A stretch of 62,549 nucleotides of DNA, filler included. It is 5 parts of 5 records of this genome, joined end to end, with 100 filler letters (N's around TTAATTAATTAA, not from the genome) between each part and the next. Parts side by side here need not be neighbours in the genome. Positions count along the whole stretch, not along the records: positions 28,891 to 42,227 come from DRR378314_1239; positions 42,328 to 50,181 come from DRR378314_1244; positions 50,282 to 62,549 come from DRR378314_1250; 2 more parts are not named here. One strand, written 5' to 3'. Position 1 is the stretch's first letter, and each line of letters begins with the position of its first letter. Positions 42,201 to 51,979 of the stretch are shown one piece after another. Under the pieces are notes generated by a model. That model saw nothing but the letters and a program-made list of their open reading frames with translations. It had not been told where the DNA came from and searched no databases. The translations under genes and the position numbers were made by a program.

Positions 42201-42227
42201 GGGAGCGCAGCTCCCGGCAGGATCCCA

Positions 42228-42327
42228 NNNNNNNNNNNNNNNNNNNNNNNNNNNNNNNNNNNNNNNNNNNNTTAATTAATTAANNNNNNNNNNNNNNNNN
42301 NNNNNNNNNNNNNNNNNNNNNNNNNNN
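42228..42327. other. artificial contig spacer
   Basis: N44-TTAATTAATTAA-N44. Confidence 0.97.
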
Positions 42328-43101
42328 AAAAAGCGACGCCCATCCAACGGCGAGATTCGCGCCCGCGTCTTTAGGCTGTTGGAAATGGTTCAGCTGCAGC
42401 ATTTAGCTAACCGTTTGCCTGCCCAGCTCTCTGGCGGCCAGCAGCAACGTGTTTCTCTCGCCCGCGCCTTGGCCGTTGAGCCTGACGTATTGCTTTTGGA
42501 TGAGCCATTTGGCGCGCTGGATGCCAAGGTGCGCCAGGATCTACGACGCTGGTTACGCCGCCTGCATGAAGAGCTTAACTTTACCAGCGTGTTTGTTACC
42601 CACGATCAAGAAGAAGCGCTGGAACTTTCTGACCGTGTGGTGGTGATGAGCAACGGACGTATCGAGCAAATTGATACGCCTGAAACGCTCTATCGTTCGC
42701 CCAAAAATCGTTTTGTATTTGAATTCCTTGGCGACGTTAACCACTTGGAAGGCAAGGTACACCAAGGTGTGCTCACCTGCGGTGACGCCCATCTCAATGT
42801 TGACTTGCCTGACGGTAACGAAGAGCTATTGCTACGTCCTCATGAAGTGCGCCTTGCCCAGCAGCCTAGTGCAGAGAGTCATCTGCCGGTGACAGTGACG
42901 GCCATTTCACCGGTAGGTGCTGAAGTGCGTGTTGAGCTGGAAGCCGACTGGCTGGCTAAGCCATGGCTTGCAACGGTGCGTCATGCTGATTTTGAGCAGC
43001 TTGAGATGCGCCGTGGACAACGCCTCTTCGTCCATCCACGGCAATGGCACCGCTTCCCCGCAACAGAGTCAAAAGTGACAGAGCAAAGCCGCGCCGCTTA
43101 G
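42328..43101 (+). CDS. cysA: sulfate/thiosulfate ABC transporter ATP-binding subunit, 3' part
   Basis: [46 protein letters not shown]-like C-terminus. Confidence 0.88.
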   Translation, partial: KKRRPSNGEIRARVFRLLEMVQLQHLANRLPAQLSGGQQQRVSLARALAVEPDVLLLDEPFGALDAKVRQDLRRWLRRLHEELNFTSVFVTHDQEEALELSDRVVVMSNGRIEQIDTPETLYRSPKNRFVFEFLGDVNHLEGKVHQGVLTCGDAHLNVDLPDGNEELLLRPHEVRLAQQPSAESHLPVTVTAISPVGAEVRVELEADWLAKPWLATVRHADFEQLEMRRGQRLFVHPRQWHRFPATESKVTEQSRAA

Positions 43102-43220
43102 GGCGTGCCAACAACGGCAAAAGCAGAGGGCAGTTTTAGTTCGCGACCGATTTAGAGCTGCCACCTCCTACCTTTCTTTCACTCGCGACAGATAAGCTAT
43201 CAGCCTGTATCAACAGTTGA

Positions 43221-43835
43221 TTAGCGCATTTGCCTAAACGTGAGGCTCACCCGCGGCTCACAATCTTTCTTGGTTTTAGGCAGGCTATGTAGCCAGTTTT
43301 GCTGCGTGGCACCTTTCATCACCAACAGACTACCGTGCTCTAGATTAAGCGATAGACTCTCCCCTGTTTGTTTATGTTTAAACGAAAATCTCCTTTCGCC
43401 ACCTAGGCTCAACGCGCCAATCACACCATTCTCAACCAGGTCTTTTTCAGCATCACTGTGCCAACTCATACCTTCCGCGCCTGAACTATAGAAGTTACAC
43501 AAGCACGAATTAAATACGTCACCGCAGTTACTCTCCACTACCTGCTTAATCTCTTGTAAAAAACCAGGCCACACTGACGCCATCTTGGTATATCCAGAGT
43601 AGGTATAAGAGACCGGCGCATCTGCATACCAGGCTATTTTCCTCTTGGTAACGATCTCTTTTCCGTAAATAAACGCTCGATCATGCTCCCAACTTAGTTC
43701 GTCCCGACATTTAGCTAGATACATATCGGCAATGGCCGTCTCTAGAAGTTTGCCGTGGTAATAGACCGCCCCATCTTGTGGAAGCAGGTTAATCAACTTC
43801 ATATCGTCGTTTTCAAACAGATCTGTAAACGTCAT
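43221..43835 (-). CDS. AlkB-family 2OG-Fe(II) dioxygenase (ALKBH2/3-like)
   Basis: WHSDAE (HxD), WLHSLPK, RVSLTFR. Confidence 0.9.
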   Translation of the reverse strand: MTFTDLFENDDMKLINLLPQDGAVYYHGKLLETAIADMYLAKCRDELSWEHDRAFIYGKEIVTKRKIAWYADAPVSYTYSGYTKMASVWPGFLQEIKQVVESNCGDVFNSCLCNFYSSGAEGMSWHSDAEKDLVENGVIGALSLGGERRFSFKHKQTGESLSLNLEHGSLLVMKGATQQNWLHSLPKTKKDCEPRVSLTFRQMR

Positions 43836-43961
43836 AGCGATGCCTATTTTGTACCGACTACAAAGACAGCAAGAAACGGGTTTCTCCCATGTTTCAAAGG
43901 CGGCAATACTGAGCCACACGAGGCTAACCCTAGGGCTTGTTGACTAATAGAAAACCTTAAA

Positions 43962-44867
43962 ATGGGGAATAAAATGAAAGCAATCGACTATATACGACTC
44001 CTATCATTAGCCGCTATCTGGGGAGCTAGCTTTCTTTTCATGCGCATCGCCTCCCCAGCGATAGGGCCAATCAACACAGCATTTTTTAGAGTCTTTTTTG
44101 GCCTACTGGGTTTAGCTTTTATCATCTTAATCATACGCAAAAGCCTGGAATTCAGAGGTAAACTAGGCAAGGTTTTGATATTGGGCGCTATCAACTCAGG
44201 CCTTCCTTTTCTTATGTACAGCATAGCAGCAACATTATTACCTGCTGGATACTCCGCTATTTTAAATGCCACAACGCCTTTAACGGGTGCCATGATTGGC
44301 TTATTTATCTTTAGCGAGCGTTTATCGTTAAGAAAATGGATAGGTGTCACATTAGGCATTATCGGTATTACGGTCATTACTACGGTGGGTGATTCAAATA
44401 TCGTCGGCAATATATACATTGGCGTGGCGGCTTGTATCATAGCCACTGTTGGTTACGGCTTTGCGGGATTTCTCACCCGAAAGTGGATAACCCAACAGGG
44501 CGGCCTGGATTCAACGCTGGTAGCGTTTGGCAGTCAAATAGGAGCGACCGCTTTTCTCAGCCCCTTTTTGATCTGGAATATTTCATATGGCCCTAGCATT
44601 GATTGGCTTCAAGGTGATGTGTGGATCAGTCTGTTAGCCGTCGGCTTTTTATGCACCTCTCTCGCTTATATCCTCTATTTTAGATTGATCGCCGACATCG
44701 GGCCTTTACGGTCGCTCACCGTCACCTTCTTAGTACCACCCTTCGCTGTGCTATGGGGCTTTTTAGTGCTTGATGAAACGATTTCCAGCGGGTTCTTATC
44801 AGGGTCTGCCGTCATTTTATTGTCCGTCTGGTTAATCCTTGGTCCTGATTCCAAAAAAACAGCCTAA
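43962..44867 (+). CDS. EamA/DMT family transporter
   Basis: AAIWGASFLFMR, ILNATTP, AYILYFRLI..GP; about ten TM segments. Confidence 0.9.
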   Translation: MGNKMKAIDYIRLLSLAAIWGASFLFMRIASPAIGPINTAFFRVFFGLLGLAFIILIIRKSLEFRGKLGKVLILGAINSGLPFLMYSIAATLLPAGYSAILNATTPLTGAMIGLFIFSERLSLRKWIGVTLGIIGITVITTVGDSNIVGNIYIGVAACIIATVGYGFAGFLTRKWITQQGGLDSTLVAFGSQIGATAFLSPFLIWNISYGPSIDWLQGDVWISLLAVGFLCTSLAYILYFRLIADIGPLRSLTVTFLVPPFAVLWGFLVLDETISSGFLSGSAVILLSVWLILGPDSKKTA

Positions 44868-45003
44868 CGCATTTGATCGATATCGCTGACGGCGCTTCTC
44901 ACGACACGGCGTTGAAAGCGACGGCACAACCCACGCCACCAGAACATACCGCCAGCACACTACCCGCGTTATACTGACGTTTTAGCCATAGCGGAGGAAG
45001 ACC

Positions 45004-45597
45004 ATGCGTCGGCGCCATTTTTTACACCTCTCTGGTGCGCTGCTTACCAGCGTTTTGCTAGCGGCCTGCGCTAGCCCTCAGTACCTACAGCTAAGCCCAG
45101 AGCGCAGCGCCAGCGTGCCGCAGACAGGCTCTGGCCAACAAGTCACCGTGATAACTGCTGATGCCAGAGAAAGTGAAGTGATTGGAACACGCTCAGGTGG
45201 CAGTATGTCGACCGCGCAGATTACCGTGAGCAGTCATGAGCTCATTCCGCAGCTGCAAGCCGAAGCAGAACGCGCTGTGCGCGATATGGGGTTCACTCCT
45301 ACTCGCGATGCTGCCCAAGGCCGCCCGAGCATTACTCTTGAACTCGCTGGCCTTAACTATGCCAAAGGTGAAAGCGGCCAACCGCTGATCGACGAAGCGC
45401 GTATTGAGGGAGTTTTCCGAGCGATTGCCCAGAACAAAGGCACGACGTATACCGGCACTTACACCTCGCGACGCACCCAAGGCTATGCCATCAAGCCCAG
45501 CGAAGATGCCAATGCACGCATGCTAAACGATTTGTTAAGTGATGGTTTAAATCGTGCGTTTAGTGACCCAGAGCTGGGCCGCTTACTCGCTCGCTAA
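45004..45597 (+). CDS. YajG family lipoprotein
   Basis: LAAC lipobox; CASPQYLQLSP..DAR..VIG pattern. Confidence 0.75.
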   Translation: MRRRHFLHLSGALLTSVLLAACASPQYLQLSPERSASVPQTGSGQQVTVITADARESEVIGTRSGGSMSTAQITVSSHELIPQLQAEAERAVRDMGFTPTRDAAQGRPSITLELAGLNYAKGESGQPLIDEARIEGVFRAIAQNKGTTYTGTYTSRRTQGYAIKPSEDANARMLNDLLSDGLNRAFSDPELGRLLAR

Positions 45598-45652
45598 ACC
45601 GTTTTATCCTGATAGCTTATTCTGAAAACATCTGCCCGCTTTGCGGGCAGAT

Positions 45653-46285
45653 TTATACGTGCGGGCCACGACGCTCCAGTACCCAAATGCTTTCGCTGCG
45701 GCCCCGTTCATCAGCCTCTCTATTCTCAACCAATTCAACGCGGAAGTTGGGCATAAACAAATGCTCAATTTCGCCGTTGGGCACACTGTAAGGTGGGCCT
45801 GCATTGTCTTCATCGTGGGTTAACCCCACTAATAACCCTTTAGCACCAGGCGGCACTAACTGGGCAAGGTGGAAGGCATAGCGCTCTCGAGTAGCCGGAG
45901 GCAGTGCAATTAATGAAGCGCGGTCATAAAATGCGCCCACTTCCGCTGCCTGCTTGATGTGCAAGTGGAAAAAGTCACCGCACCACACTTCAACGCTACC
46001 CTGGCGTGAGACATTAAAACCTGCCTGGGTATAGCGCGATACACTCGCATTGCGCTGGGCCAGAAACTGCTCGATTGCTTCAGGAGCCAACTCAATGCCC
46101 AGCACGGGGTGCCCTGCATCTGCTAGCCAACGCATATCCAAGCTTTTTCCGCATAACGGCACAAGTACTTTGGCCCCAGGCGTCACATTAAGCGTAGGCC
46201 AGTACTGGACAAGCGCCGGGTGCGTATCGGACAAATGAAAGCCAATACGTCCCTCTTGCCAACGTTGGCGCCAGGGGTTTTCCAT
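45653..46285 (-). CDS. tpm: thiopurine S-methyltransferase
   Basis: WQEGRIGFH, VLVPLCGKSLDM, YDRASLIAL, GPPYSV. Confidence 0.92.
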   Translation of the reverse strand: MENPWRQRWQEGRIGFHLSDTHPALVQYWPTLNVTPGAKVLVPLCGKSLDMRWLADAGHPVLGIELAPEAIEQFLAQRNASVSRYTQAGFNVSRQGSVEVWCGDFFHLHIKQAAEVGAFYDRASLIALPPATRERYAFHLAQLVPPGAKGLLVGLTHDEDNAGPPYSVPNGEIEHLFMPNFRVELVENREADERGRSESIWVLERRGPHV

Positions 46286-46338
46286 TGCGGCCACCTCGTA
46301 CTCGAAATTTATCCGAAACGCTTATTTTTAACGTCGCT

Positions 46339-46974
46339 TTAAAACCAGCGGTCTCTCTTTTTACGACGACGCGGCAAATGGGGAACAATCAGACCCACTA
46401 ATAACCCAGCACCGGCAACCCCACCACCGTACATGAAATAGCGCATCAGCAGATCTTCTTCCTGCGTTTCTAGGCGCGCCTGCAAGGCACGCACCTGCTG
46501 GCGAGACTGCTCTGCTTCACTATCAAGCTCGTGGTTACGCGCTTCTAACTCGACGATCCGCTTTTCACGGATATCAAGTGTTTCCGTCATAGAAGAAATG
46601 CGCTGCTCCCAAGTATCGTTAATGCCATCCAATTCTTGGGTAAGCTCATCGACTTGGGCTTGTAGTACGGGTAACTGTTGACGGGCACTCGGGTCTTGCT
46701 GTAGCTCGCTACTGAGCACCCACACCGTATCGCCGCTACTACTACGTACGCGGGTATAATCACCGCTTGTTTCAAGCGCCTCGACCTGCTCACCTGCATT
46801 TAACGTTCCCACAATACGATAACCATCGGTGGGGCCACTACGCACATACGTGCTTAACTCATCGCTTACCCAAGCTTGGTTATCAGACTGAGCAAATGCA
46901 GGAGCTCCTCCAATACTCAACAACACGCCAACGGCAGTGGCGTAACAACTACTACGAAGTTTATTTACTTGCAT
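46339..46974 (-). CDS. YgiM-like (TIGR04211) SH3-domain membrane protein
   Basis: Signal peptide, VSDEL..VRSGP..YRI SH3b, coiled coil, FMYGGGV TM anchor with basic tail. Confidence 0.88.
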   Translation of the reverse strand: MQVNKLRSSCYATAVGVLLSIGGAPAFAQSDNQAWVSDELSTYVRSGPTDGYRIVGTLNAGEQVEALETSGDYTRVRSSSGDTVWVLSSELQQDPSARQQLPVLQAQVDELTQELDGINDTWEQRISSMTETLDIREKRIVELEARNHELDSEAEQSRQQVRALQARLETQEEDLLMRYFMYGGGVAGAGLLVGLIVPHLPRRRKKRDRWF

Positions 46975-47058
46975 GACGTCATGTCCTGATTGTAAAAACG
47001 CGCGAGGCAGACGAAGCCGTCGCGCGTATCGCTCAAAGCGGTGCGCTTGTCTAGGCGC

Positions 47059-47388
47059 TTACCCTTCTCCACGAGGCGGCAATGGAAAGGGACGAGGAAA
47101 CTCTGCGACGCGGGCATCGCTTTTAACTGCTTTCAAAGGGCCTTCACGTTCTACTTCATCAATACGCACAATGGCGTTAAGCGGCAGATAACTGCGCTTA
47201 ACACCGTCAAAGGTACGCTGTAGCTTTTCCGCCCCTGGATCAACAACAACCCGCGACGCATCGTCAAAGACAAACTCCTCGACTTCAATAAAGCCCCAGA
47301 GTTCGCTTTGAAAGATTTCTCTGACGTATAAATCCCATATTTCACCCTGCTGGTGAACCACCACACGGTAGATCGGCTTGGCCGCCAT
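47059..47388 (-). CDS. DUF1820 family protein
   Basis: IYRV..QQG, GFIEVEEFVF, VVDP..EKL..F.GVKRSY.P..IVRIDEV. Confidence 0.8.
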   Translation of the reverse strand: MAAKPIYRVVVHQQGEIWDLYVREIFQSELWGFIEVEEFVFDDASRVVVDPGAEKLQRTFDGVKRSYLPLNAIVRIDEVEREGPLKAVKSDARVAEFPRPFPLPPRGEG

Positions 47389-47601
47389 CTTGGCCTATTC
47401 CTCTTGCCACTTGAACATAATGTTAAGGAGCCTAGCCTAACATACTCAGGGGTTTGCTCTTTAGTATGCCACCCTCAAAAGCGCTTATTTTTGGCTACTT
47501 TCACCTTCAGTGGCTGCTAATTAGCCGACGGAAGGCCCTATCGTGTATGGTGAAGTAAGTGGTATGGCAACTTTATTCACTCACCCACAGGAGTCACCGT
47601 C

Positions 47602-48825
47602 ATGCAAAAGGATACCAATAAGGGCTATATCGCCCTACTAGGTTGGAGCCTCAATGCGATCGAAGCGGCTGAGAATTTTGACCGCCGCTACATCGTGGTT
47701 GCACCCGACTGGGCCGAGGAGTACTGCCAGAAACATGATATTCCCTACGTTCCATGGAATTTTGAGCGTCTCAATGATCGCTCCATCGAAATTGCTGAAA
47801 CGCTGAAAGAAAAAGGCGTCGACGTCGCTATTCCGCTTTATGAGGAAACCGTTGAGTGGGCTGGCGCTATTAACTCTGTGCTACTCGACAATCCACGTAT
47901 TTACGGGCAATCGCTGTTGCTTCGCGACAAAGCATTGATGAAGCGTCGCGCCCAGCTTGGCGGCATCCGTGTGGGTATTTTCGAAGAAGCCCACGATAAA
48001 GATGACGTAGTACGCTTTCTTAAACGCGTTAATCAGACGCTACTCAAGCTGGATGGCGACCCCAACGACCCTATCCACCTGAAGGCGTTCGATAAGGCTG
48101 GCTGTCTTGGCCACCGCGTTATTCGCACACCGGATGAAGTCGATACTATCCCCGACGAAGAGTTCCCTGTGCTGATGGAGTCTCACTTAGACGGCTGGGA
48201 ATTCGCCGTAGAAGCGTGGATTCACGATGGCAAGATCGCTTTCCTGAATATTTCAGAGTACGTCACACTTGGCTACTCAGTATTTGTGCCTGCGTCTCCA
48301 GAGCTTGAAAAATACCGCGAACAGATTACGGCACAAATCGAAAAGCTGATCAAAGCGTTTGATATTGAATTCGGTCTCATTCATCCCGAGTACTTTGTCA
48401 CCAGCGACGGGGAAATGTACTTTGGTGAAGTCGCTTACCGCCCACCTGGCTTTAAAGTCTTCGAACTTCTTGAGCGGGTTTATGGATTTAACGCCTATCA
48501 GGCATCAATGCTGGTATTCGATCCTAAAAGTACAAAAGAAGAGGTCGCTGCTTTCTTTCCCAAAGAAGTGGTGGACGCAGATGGGTTCGCGGGCTGCTTT
48601 GGCGTTTATCCCCGCCGCCGGGTTGTTAGCCGCCTGGAGATTCCTGAAGAAACAGAGGATCACCCCTATTTTGAATCCCACGAGCTGACATCACCGGTTG
48701 AAGAAACCGTCACTAAACGTACGGCGTTTGGTACCCACTGGGGCTTGGTCTACTTTAAAGGCGAAGACGCACACACACTGCGTGATCTGCTTAAACGCCA
48801 AGAAGACCTCGACTTCTATGTATAA
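47602..48825 (+). CDS. ATP-grasp enzyme, carboxylate-amine / L-amino-acid-ligase-like
   Basis: RDKALMK, HLKAFDKAGCLG, LMESHLDGWEF, IHPEYF, GEVAYRPPG; AGGAG RBS. Confidence 0.85.
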   Translation: MQKDTNKGYIALLGWSLNAIEAAENFDRRYIVVAPDWAEEYCQKHDIPYVPWNFERLNDRSIEIAETLKEKGVDVAIPLYEETVEWAGAINSVLLDNPRIYGQSLLLRDKALMKRRAQLGGIRVGIFEEAHDKDDVVRFLKRVNQTLLKLDGDPNDPIHLKAFDKAGCLGHRVIRTPDEVDTIPDEEFPVLMESHLDGWEFAVEAWIHDGKIAFLNISEYVTLGYSVFVPASPELEKYREQITAQIEKLIKAFDIEFGLIHPEYFVTSDGEMYFGEVAYRPPGFKVFELLERVYGFNAYQASMLVFDPKSTKEEVAAFFPKEVVDADGFAGCFGVYPRRRVVSRLEIPEETEDHPYFESHELTSPVEETVTKRTAFGTHWGLVYFKGEDAHTLRDLLKRQEDLDFYV

Positions 48826-48855
48826 TCCCTGCCTCGGCTGGGATAAGGAGTCAAT

Positions 48856-50181
48856 GTGACGATCAATCAAGAGGCATCTTCAACTGAAGATGGCAAGCTC
48901 AATGGATTGCTGAGCAAATTTGATGATGCGGTGCGCCTGCTTTCGCAGGCGCCTGCTTTTTCTAAACCGGCGAAACTGCCCCGCGTAATGGATACTGCGC
49001 GCCGAATCTTGATGCAGGAGGGTGGCTGCGCTGCCCTCGAAGCACGCGCGGCGGATTTTGAATCCGCCGGTGTGTTTGCAGGCTCAGACTGGGAAACCCC
49101 ACAGTTCCTAGTACCTACTCTCACTACGTTCTCTCTGAAAAGCCCTGACGCCAATGTGGTCGTTATTGAGGCGCTGAGTGAGCTGCGACTTTTAGCAGTC
49201 GCCAAAGGTGATTACTTACATGCTCTGGTATCCCAAGAGCATGCACACCACTATTTAACCCAAGTAATGGCCATCAATCTGTGGCTGTTATTTAACGCAC
49301 CTAGCGAAGCCGAACGGGAAACCCAGGGTCGATTAGCGACGATTCCCCGGCAACTGTTTCAACACCTAGCCGACCGAATTGGCTACGAACACGTTATTGA
49401 TCAGCTAATTGATGAAATATGGCGCATTTTAAAACAGCGCCCTATACAGGTTGATCCCATAAAACAGATGATCACCCAAATTGCGCTGTGCCAAGTTAAT
49501 CCAGCAATTGATTTGGGAGCAAGTGGTCAAGGGGCTGACAGGCTGGTTAGTTCACTTTTCGGGCCGACCCAAGCTTGTCGTGAAGACCCCGGCGTTGAGC
49601 TATACCGTGAACGCCTGGAGCGTATGGATAACGCGGCTTTGCAAGCGGAATCCACAGGCTTCGCCCGTGCGATGCATGACACAGGGCTGGTGTCGCCCTA
49701 TCACACGATACTGATGCGCTATTTACTCGAAGAGGGCGACCACCTTCTATCAGAGGCACTGGGTCTCTCGTCGACGGGGCGTGACTGCCTACTCTGCTAT
49801 CGCGAGCTAGTGCATGCACTGATTCGCGGTGGTGTTTATCCCGCCACAGCCCAAGCGGTGTATGGCTTGGCACTGTTACTGGAGCGGGGCATTCTCTATC
49901 AACCCCCGGTTGCCCCAGCGATGTGGCGGCAGCTAAATCTAAAGCTTTCAGAGTGGTCAGAAGCACGCTTGAACCTTGCTTATGGTGAAGATGCATCACC
50001 CCGCGCACGTTTAATTGAAGGTGTGCTTTGCATGCTAGGACTGCCGCTGGGTGTAGGACAGGGCAACAACCCTACCTGCCAGTCAGCGAGAGCGCTTTCT
50101 ATGTGGGCTTATAACGACCCTGACTATCTACTGCAAATGGTGGCTTGGGCTGCGCGTGATGATGAAATCATTATGCATTTC
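48856..50181 (+). CDS. large uncharacterised protein, truncated; possible papain-fold Cys enzyme domain
   Basis: >442-aa open frame, GTG start after AAGGAG, 30 nt after the ATP-grasp gene; GQGNNPTCQSARALS motif. Confidence 0.8.
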
Positions 50182-50281
50182 NNNNNNNNNNNNNNNNNNN
50201 NNNNNNNNNNNNNNNNNNNNNNNNNTTAATTAATTAANNNNNNNNNNNNNNNNNNNNNNNNNNNNNNNNNNNNNNNNNNNN
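50182..50281. other. artificial contig spacer
   Basis: N44-TTAATTAATTAA-N44. Confidence 0.97.
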
Positions 50282-50996
50282 ATGGCCCTGGACCAAGCTG
50301 ATGGATGTGCCTGAGTTTACTGACGAGCTGGTCGATTTGATTGCCGGGCAGTCGGATGCGCAATCGGGACATCATTCGATCCGCGAGCTGGAGCGGATCC
50401 GGGACAATAATCTGGTCACCATGATGCGCGGGTTAAAGGCGCAGGATTGGGGAGCGGGGGTGTTGATCAATGCGCAGGAAAAGATGATGCGCGCAGGCAC
50501 GGCGCTGGGTGCCCATGCGGATGAGGTGGAGGCGGATCAGCCGGTGCTGACGGCGCGGCGCACGGTGCCGCTGGATTGGACGGATTACAACGGTCATATG
50601 ACCGAAAGCCGGTATCTACAGGCCTTCGCCGATGCGACGGACCGGTTTATGGAGATGATCGGCTGTGATGCGGACTATATTTCCAAGGGCGGGAGTTATT
50701 TCACCGCCGAGACCCACATCCGGCATCTGGATGAGGTGCATGCAGGTGCGGTGATCGAAATCACCACGCAGGTGATTTTGGGCGCAGGCAAGAAGATGCA
50801 TCTGTTCCACGAGATGCGTGAGGGCGCGCGGGTGCTGGCCAGCGGGGAGCATTTCCTGCTGCATGTCAGCCTTGACACGCGCAAGCCCAGCCCACCGTCA
50901 CCGGCGATTGAGGCGGCGCTGGGGCGGATTGCGCAGGGGCATGCGGGATTGCCGCGCCCTGAAGGTCTGGGGCGTGCGATTGGCGGGGCGCGGTGA
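50282..50996 (+). CDS. lcdH: L-carnitine dehydrogenase with fused thioesterase, 3' part
   Basis: WPWTKLMDVPE..IRELERIRD followed by hot-dog thioesterase DWTDYNGHM..FTAETHIRHL. Confidence 0.85.
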
Positions 50997-51739
50997 AACG
51001 GGTTCTGATCACCGCGGGTGCGTCAGGCATTGGCCGTGCGATGGGCGAGGGCTTTGCCGCGGCAGGGCTTGAGGTCTGGGTGACGGATGTGGACGGTGCT
51101 GCCCTGGCGGCCTGTCCCGACGACTGGCGCGGGTTTCAGGTGGATGCAACGGATGAGCCCGCGATGGCGGCGGTGTTTGCGCAGATGGACCGCTTGGACG
51201 TCTTATGCGCCAATGCGGGTGTCGCAGGGCCGACCGCGCCGGTTGAGGATGTCGCGCTGGAAGATTGGCGCAGATGTGTAAGCATCAATCTGGAAGGGGC
51301 GTTTCTGGCGGCGAAATACGCGGCCCCGGTGATGAAGGCCGCCGGGGCGGGCGCGATTGTGCTGACCTCGTCTACGGCTGGTCTTTATGGCTATCCCAAC
51401 CGTGCGCCCTATGCGGCGGCGAAATGGGCGATGATCGGATTGATGAAGACATTGGCGATGGAGTTGGGGCCATTTGGCGTTCGGGTCAATGCGATCTGTC
51501 CGGGATCTGTTGAAGGCGCGCGCATGGAAGGGGTTCTGGCGCGTGAGGCGGCGGTCAAGGGCATGACACGCGATCAGGTTTATGCGGGCTATGCGGCAGG
51601 CACCTCGATGCGATCATTTGTGCAGCCGCGCGACATTGCCGATATGGCGGTGTTTCTGGGGTCTGATCAGGCACGGATGGTTTCGGGGCAGGTCATCGCG
51701 GTGGATGGGCATACGGAGAACCCTGATCCGAAAGTTTAA
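50993..51739 (+). CDS. short-chain dehydrogenase/reductase
   Basis: TAGASGIG, ANAG, YAAAK, VNAICPG. Confidence 0.93.
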   Translation: MKRVLITAGASGIGRAMGEGFAAAGLEVWVTDVDGAALAACPDDWRGFQVDATDEPAMAAVFAQMDRLDVLCANAGVAGPTAPVEDVALEDWRRCVSINLEGAFLAAKYAAPVMKAAGAGAIVLTSSTAGLYGYPNRAPYAAAKWAMIGLMKTLAMELGPFGVRVNAICPGSVEGARMEGVLAREAAVKGMTRDQVYAGYAAGTSMRSFVQPRDIADMAVFLGSDQARMVSGQVIAVDGHTENPDPKV

Positions 51740-51809
51740 AGAGTGCAGGCGCTGAAGAGGGAGGGTGCCGAAAGGGCCGCGGCGCTGCAGGGCTTTCCTT
51801 TCCGAAAGA

Positions 51810-51976
51810 CCTTTCAGACCAGATCCGTCTTTGCGCGAGCCGGTTTGCACCAGCCCCGTCTTGCGCTCAAGTAAAATAGCCGTCTCCCGCAAGCGGGGCC
51901 CGCGGCGATTTTTCTTGATCGAAAGCCGCGTCCGGCGTGGCACAGGTTCACGCAAAGGCGGCTCCGGTCCGAAAGG
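51810..51976. repeat. long imperfect palindrome (about 167 bp) between convergent genes
   Basis: Outer arm cctttcagaccagatccgtctttgcgcga vs reverse complement cctttcggaccggagccgcctttgcgtga; inner tcaagtaaaatagccg vs tcaagaaaaatcgccg; apex cccgc-aa-gcggg. Confidence 0.8.
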
Positions 51977-51979
51977 AGA

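Noticed and set aside
51810-51976. 6S RNA assignment for the long hairpin
   Set aside because: Size is similar, but no recognisable 6S sequence or usual gene context; kept as an unclassified palindrome
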